From Elusimicrobiota bacterium (lineage in GTDB: Bacteria > Elusimicrobiota > Elusimicrobia > Elusimicrobiales > UBA9959): DNA of 64,000 nucleotides. The DNA lies in contig JAAYVG010000035.1 of NCBI GenBank assembly GCA_012517285.1, forward strand, positions 7,647 to 71,646, read 5' to 3'. The notes below the pieces were generated by a model. The model searched no databases. It was not told where the DNA came from and saw only the letters and a program-made list of their open reading frames with translations. The position numbers were made by a program, and so were the translations under genes. How positions within the stretch are numbered: position 1 is the first letter of the stretch; the number at the start of each line of letters is the position of its first letter. Below are positions 55,487-63,854 of the stretch, piece after piece.

Positions 55487-56605
55487 ATGAGCAATTATGG
55501 AATACTTGTTATAAACCCCGGTTCTACAAGCGATGAGGTCAGTTTTTTTAAAGGAAGGAAGCTTGTATTTCATAAGGTTGTCAGATATGCTCAGGATGAT
55601 TTAAAGCCATTTGAAAATCAGAAGATAACTGCTCAGTTTGATATGAGAAAGAATATTGTTATGGAATCGCTTAAAGAAAATAATATAGATTTATCTGAAA
55701 TAAATGCAGTTATAGGAAGGGGTGGAATGTTAAAACCAATAGAAAGTGGTACATATGAGGTAACCGATTTAATGTTAGAAGATTTGAAGACTTGTAAATG
55801 GGGAGATCATGCATCAAACTTAGGTGGATTAATAGCAAGGAGCATAGCAGATGAGATAAAGGTTAAGGCATTCATTGCTGATCCTGTTGTGGTTGATGAA
55901 ATGGATTCTATAGCAAGATATTCTGGTATGCCTGAAAATCCGAGGACATCCATATTTCATGCTCTAAACCAAAAAAGAGTTGCAAGGCATGCTGCAAGAC
56001 AGTTGGGAAAACCGTATGAAGAATCAAATTTAATAGTTATGCATGGTGGCGGAGGAGTATCAATAGGTGCTCACAAGAATGGAAGGGTTGTTGATGTTAA
56101 CAATGCTCTTGATGGTGAGGGGCCATTCACTCCGCAGAGAAGTGGTGGAGTTCCTGCAGGTGGACTTGCAAAGATGTGTTTTTCAGGGAAATACACTTAT
56201 GATGAAATCAAGCTTAAGATAAAAGGTAAGGGTGGACTTGTGGCTTATTTAGGAACGAGCGATATTGTTGCTATAAAAAAATATATAAAAACTGGTGAGG
56301 TTTCATCAGGGCTTAAACCAGAATTAGCTACGAGGGAAAAAGCAAAGGAAATACTCCTTGCTATGGCGTACCAGATTTCAAAGGAGATAGCCTCTGCTGC
56401 TGCTGTTTTTGAGGGTAAGGTTGATGCTATAGTTTTAACTGGTGGCATAGTTTATGATGATGAGTATATAGTTCCTGAGATTAAAAAGAGGGTTGGTTGG
56501 ATTGCACCCGTGATAGTTTATCCGGGTGGTGATGAGATGACGGCTTTGATGGTTGCATGTGAAAGTGCTTTAAAAAATCCTAAAAAAATAAAGGTCTATA
56601 ATTAG
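55487..56605 (+). CDS. buk: Butyrate (branched-chain fatty acid) kinase
   Basis: ILVINPGSTSDEV is the ASKHA N-terminal motif. The length is ~372 aa and it is adjacent to ptb. Confidence 0.88.
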   Translation: MSNYGILVINPGSTSDEVSFFKGRKLVFHKVVRYAQDDLKPFENQKITAQFDMRKNIVMESLKENNIDLSEINAVIGRGGMLKPIESGTYEVTDLMLEDLKTCKWGDHASNLGGLIARSIADEIKVKAFIADPVVVDEMDSIARYSGMPENPRTSIFHALNQKRVARHAARQLGKPYEESNLIVMHGGGGVSIGAHKNGRVVDVNNALDGEGPFTPQRSGGVPAGGLAKMCFSGKYTYDEIKLKIKGKGGLVAYLGTSDIVAIKKYIKTGEVSSGLKPELATREKAKEILLAMAYQISKEIASAAAVFEGKVDAIVLTGGIVYDDEYIVPEIKKRVGWIAPVIVYPGGDEMTALMVACESALKNPKKIKVYN

Positions 56606-56610
56606 GAGAT

Positions 56611-56716
56611 GGAAAACAGATGTCAGAAGTCAGAGGCCAGAATGGGGAATAAAAGGAGTTAAACTCTAATTCTTGTTGATTTATGGCTTCTGTTTTCTGA
56701 GATCTGACTTCTCTGA
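56611..56716 (+). repeat. Heptad-periodic CAGA/TCTG hairpin element, diverged copy between buk and ptb
   Basis: CAGA at 56617, 56624, 56631 and 56638. TCTG at 56689, 56696 and 56703, then 56712. It ends ...CTGACTTCTCTGAATGGAGGG. Confidence 0.75.
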
Positions 56717-56728
56717 ATGGAGGGCATT

Positions 56729-57664
56729 ATGATAAAGTTCAAAGATTATGATGAGCTTGTGAATATGGTCAGTGGTATGTCAAACAGGGTTATTGTCCCA
56801 GGGGCAAATAACACAGAAGTTCTTGAAGCTATGAGGATGGGAATAGATAAAAAAATTATTTCTGGTGGAACACTTATAGGACCAGAAGCAGATGTTAAGA
56901 AGTATCTTGATACGGTTGGCATTGACAAAAAATTTTTTGAAATAATAAATGAAAATGATATTCCGAACATGGCAAACATTGCTGTTGAGCTTATAAGGGA
57001 TGGGAAGGGTGATTTCCTTGTAAAGGGACTTATTGATACAAAGTACTATATGAAGGCGATTTTGAGAAAGGATATAGGTGCTGTTAAGGAGGGAGGATTA
57101 ATATCACACTTTGTCCTCTTTAAGCTTGATAATTATAATAAGTTTTTTGCACTTACCGATGCTGCTGTTGTTATTGAACCAACCCTTGAACAGAAGGTTC
57201 AGATCATTAATAATGCAGTTAGTGTATTTAAACTTTTAGGTGTTGATAAGCCAAAAATATCAATCCTATGCCCTGTTGAAAAACCAAATCCAAAGATACC
57301 AAGTACTATGGATGCTGTTGAGCTTATAAAAATGAATAAAGAGGGTAAAATTCAAGACTGTGTAATAGAAGGTCCATACGATGTTTATATAACATTCTCA
57401 AAGAAGCTGGCTATGGAAAAGGGAATAAAGGATGCGGTTGTGCCGGGTGATGTGGATCTCGTTGTTCTTGACGATCTTGATGCAGCAAATGCGATGTATA
57501 AAACTCTTTCATTTTTTGGTGCAGGATGTAGATCGGCAACAATACTTGCAGGTGCAAACTTTCCTGTTATACTTCCTTCAAGGACTGATTCACCTATGAC
57601 AAAGCTTTACTCAATAGCACTTGCTTCATATATGAGAGAGATTAAAAAAGAAAAGGTTAAATGA
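56729..57664 (+). CDS. ptb: Phosphate butyryltransferase / phosphotransacylase
   Basis: The architecture is PTA_PTB-family and the gene is linked to buk. The start at 56729 puts GGAGGG (56719-56724) 4 nt upstream (the other copies have GGAGG at the same 4-nt distance). The ORF-track start is 56717. Confidence 0.85.
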   Translation: MIKFKDYDELVNMVSGMSNRVIVPGANNTEVLEAMRMGIDKKIISGGTLIGPEADVKKYLDTVGIDKKFFEIINENDIPNMANIAVELIRDGKGDFLVKGLIDTKYYMKAILRKDIGAVKEGGLISHFVLFKLDNYNKFFALTDAAVVIEPTLEQKVQIINNAVSVFKLLGVDKPKISILCPVEKPNPKIPSTMDAVELIKMNKEGKIQDCVIEGPYDVYITFSKKLAMEKGIKDAVVPGDVDLVVLDDLDAANAMYKTLSFFGAGCRSATILAGANFPVILPSRTDSPMTKLYSIALASYMREIKKEKVK

Positions 57665-58230
57665 AGAAGATAAAAAGAATAGCTTTTACTGGTGGGCCAT
57701 CAGCTGGAAAGACTTCTATAATTGAAATAATTCAAAGAAAATATCCGTCATATTTTATATCTGTCCCTGAAGCAGCATCGATACTTTACAGCGGAGGATT
57801 TCCGAGGATAAAGGGTGATGATGCTATGAAGCATATTCAAAGAGCTATATACTTTACAATAAAGGAGCTTGAGGATATGTATGAAAAGCTTTATCCTGAC
57901 AAGATTCAGCTCTGTGATAGGGGAACGCTTGACGGGATAGCATACTGGCCAAAGGACTCTGATGTTGATTTTATAAAATCTGTTGGAACGAATATGAATG
58001 ATGAACTTGATAGATATGATATTCTCATTCATCTAAAATCTCCATCATCCCCTGAGTTATATAAGTTGTCATCTACAAGAAATGAGGGACATAAATTAGC
58101 TGTTGAGCTCGATAGAAAAACTCAGGATGCATGGTCATTGCACAAGAGGCGATTTATAATAGATGATGAAAAAGACTTTTTGATAAAGGTTGAAAAGGCT
58201 ATTAAAATAGTTGAAGAACAGCTGAATTAG
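57661..58230 (+). CDS. Small P-loop NTPase (AAA_28 / NadR-kinase-like)
   Basis: IAFTGGPSAGKTS is the Walker A motif. The protein has ~189 aa. There is an ATGA overlap with ptb. Confidence 0.65.
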   Translation: MKKIKRIAFTGGPSAGKTSIIEIIQRKYPSYFISVPEAASILYSGGFPRIKGDDAMKHIQRAIYFTIKELEDMYEKLYPDKIQLCDRGTLDGIAYWPKDSDVDFIKSVGTNMNDELDRYDILIHLKSPSSPELYKLSSTRNEGHKLAVELDRKTQDAWSLHKRRFIIDDEKDFLIKVEKAIKIVEEQLN

Positions 58231-58232
58231 TG

Positions 58233-58352
58233 GTTAGTGATTAGTGATAAGAAAACAGATGACAGAAGTCAGATGTCAGAAATCAGATAAATAGGGAATT
58301 TCCTTAAATTCTGTCTTCTGATTTCTGTCCTCTGACCGCTGACATCTGTCTT
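58233..58352 (+). repeat. Heptad-periodic CAGA/TCTG hairpin leader element, best-preserved copy
   Basis: There are eight heptads at 58234-58289 (TTAGTGA TTAGTGA TAAGAAA ACAGATG ACAGAAG TCAGATG TCAGAAA TCAGATA) and six at 58310-58351 (TCTGTCT TCTGATT TCTGTCC TCTGACC GCTGACA TCTGTCT). GGAGG follows at 58356-58360. Confidence 0.85.
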
Positions 58353-58364
58353 AATGGAGGAAAT

Positions 58365-58823
58365 ATGAATTTTTTAAAAAAAATTATTGGCAAGTTATCA
58401 GGACAGGGCGAGAGTGACAGCTCTGTTAAAACTGTTCAGGAATCATTAAAAAAAGAAGAAGAAAAAAAACAGCCAGAGATTCAAAAGGCTCAAAAGAAAG
58501 AAAAAACAGATGATGAAATAATTGCTGAGCTCAACAGCATTGTTCCCGAAATATTGACTCAGGCAAAAACCCCTGAGATGAGAAAAACTATAATAAGTAT
58601 TTACAGGAAGATGACTGAGGATGGCATTGATATAAACAATGAAAATGAGGTTCGAAAGTGGGCTAATAAAAATGCTCATCTTTTCCAAAATGATGATGCT
58701 CCAAAGATTGAAACATACAAAAGGGAAAAGCCAAAGATTGGTAGAAATGATCCATGCCCTTGTGGTAGCGGGAAAAAATATAAAAAGTGCTGTGGTGCAA
58801 AAGAACAAGCTAATTCTAAATGA
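58365..58823 (+). CDS. SEC-C metal-binding-domain protein
   Basis: The C-terminal [19 protein letters not shown] is identical at protein level to the SecA tail motif in this window. The rest is charged, helical and unrecognised. Confidence 0.75.
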   Translation: MNFLKKIIGKLSGQGESDSSVKTVQESLKKEEEKKQPEIQKAQKKEKTDDEIIAELNSIVPEILTQAKTPEMRKTIISIYRKMTEDGIDINNENEVRKWANKNAHLFQNDDAPKIETYKREKPKIGRNDPCPCGSGKKYKKCCGAKEQANSK

Positions 58824-60370
58824 ATATCGAAATAAATCCAGAGTTTAAAAAAGCGTTTGACATAATGGAGTATTCAAGCGATAATCTATTTTTGACGGGA
58901 AGGGCAGGCACAGGAAAATCAACGCTGTTAAACTATTTTAAAGCAAAAACATCTAAGAAAATTGTTGTGCTTGCACCAACAGGGGTTGCTGCTTTAAATG
59001 TTGGTGGACAAACCATACACTCATTCTTTCGCTTCAAACCAGACATAACAGAGGATAAGATTGAAAAACTTTCAGAGAGAGCATTGAAGATATATAAACA
59101 GTTGGATACAATAGTTATAGATGAGATATCAATGGTAAGGGCTGATCTGTTGGACTATATAGATATATTCCTAAGAAGGAATTTAGGTAAGAACAGAGCC
59201 TTTGCAGGAATACAGATGATATTTATTGGAGACTTATATCAGCTTCCTCCGGTTGTTAAAAAGGATGAGAAAGGGATATTCAATGAAAGATATAAATCTC
59301 ACTATTTTTTTGATGCCGATGTCTTTAAAAAGTTGAATTTTAGGTTTGTTGAGCTTGAAAAGGTTTACAGACAGAGCGATGAATGTTTTATAAATATACT
59401 CAACAAAATACGAAATAATACCATAGCTGATGATGAACTCTGTCTGTTGAATAAAAGAGCTAATAAGAGACCTGATGATGAAAAATATATGATATATCTT
59501 ACCCCACTTAACAGAACTGCTAAAGAGATAAATGAAAAAAAATTGAATGAGCTTAACACTGATATCCATATCTTTAATGCTATAACTGCTGGTAATTTTA
59601 AAGAAACAGATTTCCCGACAGATGAGGAGTTGAGGTTGGCCTGCGGAGCTCAGGTGATGCTTCTAAACAATGACAGCCGTGGGAGATGGGTTAACGGTAC
59701 GATTGGTATAATAGTAGATTTTGATATTGATGATGATGGAGAAGATGTAGTAGTTATTGAAAAGGAAGACGGCGATATCGTTTCAGTAAAACCACATAAA
59801 TGGGAGATGTTTAGATACACATATGATGAGAAGAAAAAAAAGATAGGAACTGAGGCAACTGGTTCATTTACACAGTTTCCATTAAGGCTTGCGTGGGCAA
59901 TAACAATACATAAAAGTCAGGGTAAAACATTTGATAAGGTTTTAATAGATATCAGCTCGGGGGTATTTGCTCATGGTCAGACATATGTCGCTCTCTCTCG
60001 ATGCAGAAGCCTTGAAGGAATGTATTTAAAGTCTCCTGTGAAAAAACAGCATATAATAATGGACAGAAGAATAATAAATTTTCTTACAGAGTACCAGTAT
60101 GACATATCTGAGAAAGAGACTCCACTTAATATCAAAACAGATATAATCAATAACGCTATAAAGAACGAAACCGAGCTTAAAATAACATATCTTAAAACAA
60201 ACGATGAGAAATCAATAAGGATTATAAGACCGATAGCATTTGAAACCATAAGCTTTGGTGGTAAAAAAATATATGGGCTTAAAGCATTCTGCTATAAAAG
60301 AAATGAGGAAAGGTTTTTTAAAATAGAAAGAATACTTGAAATAAATGAGATAAAGAGTAAAATATTGTGA
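58820..60370 (+). CDS. pif1: PIF1/RecD-type SF1B helicase with a C-terminal WYL-like domain
   Basis: The helicase motifs are [46 protein letters not shown] and YVALSRCRS. The tail ...[10 protein letters not shown]...[24 protein letters not shown] looks like WYL. Confidence 0.85.
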   Translation: MNIEINPEFKKAFDIMEYSSDNLFLTGRAGTGKSTLLNYFKAKTSKKIVVLAPTGVAALNVGGQTIHSFFRFKPDITEDKIEKLSERALKIYKQLDTIVIDEISMVRADLLDYIDIFLRRNLGKNRAFAGIQMIFIGDLYQLPPVVKKDEKGIFNERYKSHYFFDADVFKKLNFRFVELEKVYRQSDECFINILNKIRNNTIADDELCLLNKRANKRPDDEKYMIYLTPLNRTAKEINEKKLNELNTDIHIFNAITAGNFKETDFPTDEELRLACGAQVMLLNNDSRGRWVNGTIGIIVDFDIDDDGEDVVVIEKEDGDIVSVKPHKWEMFRYTYDEKKKKIGTEATGSFTQFPLRLAWAITIHKSQGKTFDKVLIDISSGVFAHGQTYVALSRCRSLEGMYLKSPVKKQHIIMDRRIINFLTEYQYDISEKETPLNIKTDIINNAIKNETELKITYLKTNDEKSIRIIRPIAFETISFGGKKIYGLKAFCYKRNEERFFKIERILEINEIKSKIL

Positions 60371-60386
60371 TTGTCATCAAATTTTT

Positions 60387-61148
60387 ATGAGAAAATATAG
60401 TCAGGTTTTTTTAAAAAACAAGGAGATAGCTCAAAATATTGTAAAAGAGTTTGAAATCCTTGCACCAAAGGATAAAAAAATAATTGAGATAGGGCCGGGG
60501 AAGGGTATTTTAACAGAATTTCTTTTTAATGATTACAAAGAAAATTATACAGGGATTGAGATAGATCCTTATATGGTTGATATAATAAAAAATAAATTTA
60601 ACGGAATTAAAATAATAAACAAAGATTTCCTTGAAGCAGATATTGATTATGATACATCATATTTCATCGGAAATCTCCCCTATCATATATCAACAGCAAT
60701 AATAGAAAAACTTTTATCATATACACACTTTGACTCTGGAATTTTTATGCTTCAGAGAGAGGTATCAAAAAAATTGACATCATCATATGAAAGCTTTGAA
60801 TATGGCTATATATCAGCACTTGTTAATTTGGTAGCTGATACTGAATATCTCTTTGATGTCTCAAGAAATGATTTTTATCCTATTCCAGCGGTTGACTCAG
60901 GTGTTATATCTGTCAGAATAAAAAAGAATAGAATAACTGCTGATGAGTTTGAAAAATACAAAAGATTTATATCTGCAGCATTCATGCACAAGAGAAAGAC
61001 TTTAGTCAACTCTATTTCTCTAACAAGAAATATTAAAAAAGAAGAAGTTTTAAGTATATTAGAAAAAGAAAACATAAATAAAAATATAAGGGCTGAAGCT
61101 CTTAGCCCGCAGATTTTATACCGACTATCAACAATTATTAATATTTAA
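60387..61148 (+). CDS. rsmA: 16S rRNA (adenine1518/1519-N6)-dimethyltransferase
   Basis: YSQVFLKNKEIAQNIV, EIGPGKGILT and GNLPYHIST are present. Confidence 0.92.
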   Translation: MRKYSQVFLKNKEIAQNIVKEFEILAPKDKKIIEIGPGKGILTEFLFNDYKENYTGIEIDPYMVDIIKNKFNGIKIINKDFLEADIDYDTSYFIGNLPYHISTAIIEKLLSYTHFDSGIFMLQREVSKKLTSSYESFEYGYISALVNLVADTEYLFDVSRNDFYPIPAVDSGVISVRIKKNRITADEFEKYKRFISAAFMHKRKTLVNSISLTRNIKKEEVLSILEKENINKNIRAEALSPQILYRLSTIINI

Positions 61149-61288
61149 AACCATTTAAGGTTTATTTTGTATAATATGGTTAAGAATAGATAGCAATTTA
61201 ACAAGTTTGATGTATAGCAGATTAAAAGATTGGTTAGGTCAAAGATAGTGGATAGTAAAAGTAAAATTACTTACTACTAACCCCTGAC

Positions 61289-61354
61289 CCTGCCTACGCC
61301 AAGGCAGCTTCGGCAGGTTTACCTGCCAGCGCCTAAGTGGCTTCGGCAGGCAGG
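61289..61354 (+). repeat. Two tandem CCTGCC...GGCAGG hairpins in the leader of the M24 peptidase gene
   Basis: CCTGCC at 61289-61294 and 61322-61327. GGCAGG at 61312-61317 and 61345-61350. The same hairpin occurs inside element A at 2592-2622. Confidence 0.7.
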
Positions 61355-61370
61355 TTTAACTGGAGGAAAA

Positions 61371-62414
61371 ATGGAAAACATACATTACGAGAGAACACTT
61401 GGTCTCTGGAAAAAAATGAAGGAAGAAAATATTGATGGGCTATTTGTTAATATCACAAGGGATGTTTATTATGTTACAGGATTCCATCAGGATGGAGCAT
61501 TCTTGTTGGTTACAAAGGATGATGTCATAGCATTTTTACCAAAGATGTTTGTGGATCACTTCAAGGAAATATGTAACTGGGCAAAGATTGTTGTCTATGA
61601 AAACATATTAAATGATGTGAACAACAAGTCAAAGGAGTTGAAGTTAAAAAATGTTTATTTTGATTCAACAACACTTACCTACGATAAAGCAAAGATACTT
61701 GTCGGCTATGGATTTAAGGATAAGGAAAATGTGTTTAAGAATTTTAGAATGATGAAAAAGGGTGAGGAGCTCTCCAGTCTTAAAAAGGCATGTGAGATAG
61801 CTGCTAAGGCTTTTAAAATGTTCAAGCCAAGGATAAAAACTGGCATGAAGGAGATAGAGGTCGCAAGGGAACTGGAGTATATGATGCAGAAGTTGGGAGC
61901 ATCAACAAGGTCATTTGACACAATAGTTGCCTTTGGAGCGAATGCTGCTATGCCACACCACGAAAGCTCTGAAAGAAAGCTCAAAAAAAATGAGTGTGTG
62001 CTTATTGATTTTGGATGCATATACAACAGATACTGCTCTGATATAACAAGGACATTTTTTAATGGAAAACCTGATTCTGAATTTTTAAAGGTTTATTCAA
62101 TTGTTGAGAGAGCTCATGATGCAGGGATAGAGGCTGTGAAAGAAGGCGTTTTAGCCTTTGATGTTGATAAGGCAGCAAGGGATCTGATATCCAGTGAGGG
62201 TTATGGCCAGTATTTTACTCATACAACAGGGCATGGTGTGGGGCTTGAAATCCATGAAGATCCAGCAGTTAGCACACGAGGAAAAGAAATTTTAAAAGAA
62301 GGAATGATAATAACAGTAGAGCCGGGAATATATCTTTATGGTAAGTTTGGAATAAGGATAGAGGACACTGTATGTGTTACAAAAAAGGGTGCTCAGGTCC
62401 TTACAAAAATATAG
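61371..62414 (+). CDS. M24B Xaa-Pro aminopeptidase/dipeptidase
   Basis: DFGCIYNRYCSDITRT, HTTGHGVGLEIHE and VEPGIY are the pita-bread metal ligand motifs. Confidence 0.88.
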   Translation: MENIHYERTLGLWKKMKEENIDGLFVNITRDVYYVTGFHQDGAFLLVTKDDVIAFLPKMFVDHFKEICNWAKIVVYENILNDVNNKSKELKLKNVYFDSTTLTYDKAKILVGYGFKDKENVFKNFRMMKKGEELSSLKKACEIAAKAFKMFKPRIKTGMKEIEVARELEYMMQKLGASTRSFDTIVAFGANAAMPHHESSERKLKKNECVLIDFGCIYNRYCSDITRTFFNGKPDSEFLKVYSIVERAHDAGIEAVKEGVLAFDVDKAARDLISSEGYGQYFTHTTGHGVGLEIHEDPAVSTRGKEILKEGMIITVEPGIYLYGKFGIRIEDTVCVTKKGAQVLTKI

Positions 62415-62516
62415 TATAATTTAAGCAGAGAAGTTTTGATAAAGGCAGAAAGGTTGTCCAAAACATAATTTCTGTTTGTTTCAATACTTAAACATATTAT
62501 AAGAGGAGACAAGACT

Positions 62517-63851
62517 ATGATGGGAAATAACATGCCCGAAAAGCAAACAAAACAGACAACAATGTTTGACACTTATGAGTTTCCATCTTACGAGGAGATA
62601 ATGGAGGCTTATGCTAAGGAATTCGCAAATTATATTCTTCCTAAAGGGGACACTATATTTGGTTTCTGGATGCAAACATTGGCTGATTTGGAATTTTTAG
62701 ATTTGGAATTACAAGGTTTAACTGACGAATATAAAATTGATCCAGTAAATAGAGTGGTTAATTTAAAAGGAAATGAGGACTATATAAGATTAAGAATTGC
62801 CCATCTTGAAAAAGTAAAAGGGAAAACAACCCTTTATACCGAATTAGTGGATAAATTTGGAGATACTAATGCATACGCTTTTCATAATCTTTATCCCTAC
62901 AAAGGCAAATTTTATCCCAGAGTTGTACGGACTTTAATCAATGCCTTCAAATTAAATAATGATTCACTACTTTTTGACCCTTTTAATGGCTCTGGAACTG
63001 CTACGCATGAGGCTTCTCTTATGGGTATTAAAAGCGTAGGGATAGATGTTACTCCAATGGGAATTGTTTTATCAGAATTAAAAAATGATTTACTTTTTAT
63101 TGATGACCAGAAATTGAGTTTTGCACCAAAGGAACTACAAGATATTTTGCAGGCAATAGAAAATAGAAGATGGGAACATTCCGACCCTTTAATTCATAAA
63201 TTAATGTTGGCAGTATATTTTGATACAGTTGACGCCTTTATAAGAACATCAAGGTATAATAGAAAAGGGAAAGTAGGTCTCTTTATTGAAAAGTTAAATT
63301 ACATAAGAGACTGCTATAAAAAGACTATGCAGATTAAAGAAAAATACGGTCTTAAATTTGAACATGCTCGCATCATAGAAGAGGACATCCTCGAACTTAA
63401 AAATATGAGTGAGTTGGAAGGAAAGTTTGATGCATGTATTACGAGTCCACCTTACTATTTTTCTATAGATTATGTGGGGAAAGATAAGATTGCTTATGAT
63501 TATTTAAATGCGGATATGAAAAAGATTGAATCTAAGTATCTGGGAATGAAAAATAGCGGGCATCCAAAAGGCAACTATGGCGGATTACCTCCAAGGGTTG
63601 CAATGTATTATGAAGACTTAAAGGAATCTATAAAAAATATCTTTTGGGCATTAAAGCCTGGCGGCAAACTTGCCATAATAATAGGGGATAGTACCGTTAG
63701 TGGGAAAAAGATACCAACGACCATGACAACCAAAAAGTTTTGTGAAGAAGCAGGATTTAAATTTGAAAAGTTGATATTCAATCCTCTTTTGGGTGCTCGC
63801 AATAGAGCAATAAGAGGAGAAAGTGTAATAATCTGTGAGAAGGGGAAATAA
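62517..63851 (+). CDS. DNA (N6-adenine or N4-cytosine) methyltransferase
   Basis: The SAM motif FDPFNGSGTATHEA lies ~145 aa before the catalytic CITSPPYY, followed by LKPGGKLAIIIGDS. SD AGGAG precedes the start. Confidence 0.8.
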   Translation: MMGNNMPEKQTKQTTMFDTYEFPSYEEIMEAYAKEFANYILPKGDTIFGFWMQTLADLEFLDLELQGLTDEYKIDPVNRVVNLKGNEDYIRLRIAHLEKVKGKTTLYTELVDKFGDTNAYAFHNLYPYKGKFYPRVVRTLINAFKLNNDSLLFDPFNGSGTATHEASLMGIKSVGIDVTPMGIVLSELKNDLLFIDDQKLSFAPKELQDILQAIENRRWEHSDPLIHKLMLAVYFDTVDAFIRTSRYNRKGKVGLFIEKLNYIRDCYKKTMQIKEKYGLKFEHARIIEEDILELKNMSELEGKFDACITSPPYYFSIDYVGKDKIAYDYLNADMKKIESKYLGMKNSGHPKGNYGGLPPRVAMYYEDLKESIKNIFWALKPGGKLAIIIGDSTVSGKKIPTTMTTKKFCEEAGFKFEKLIFNPLLGARNRAIRGESVIICEKGK

Positions 63852-63854
63852 ATA

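Noticed and set aside
14570-61354. Whether the dispersed hairpin repeats could be a CRISPR array or CRISPR remnants.
   Set aside because: There is no regular repeat-spacer periodicity, the copies are tens of kb apart, and no cas genes lie in the window.
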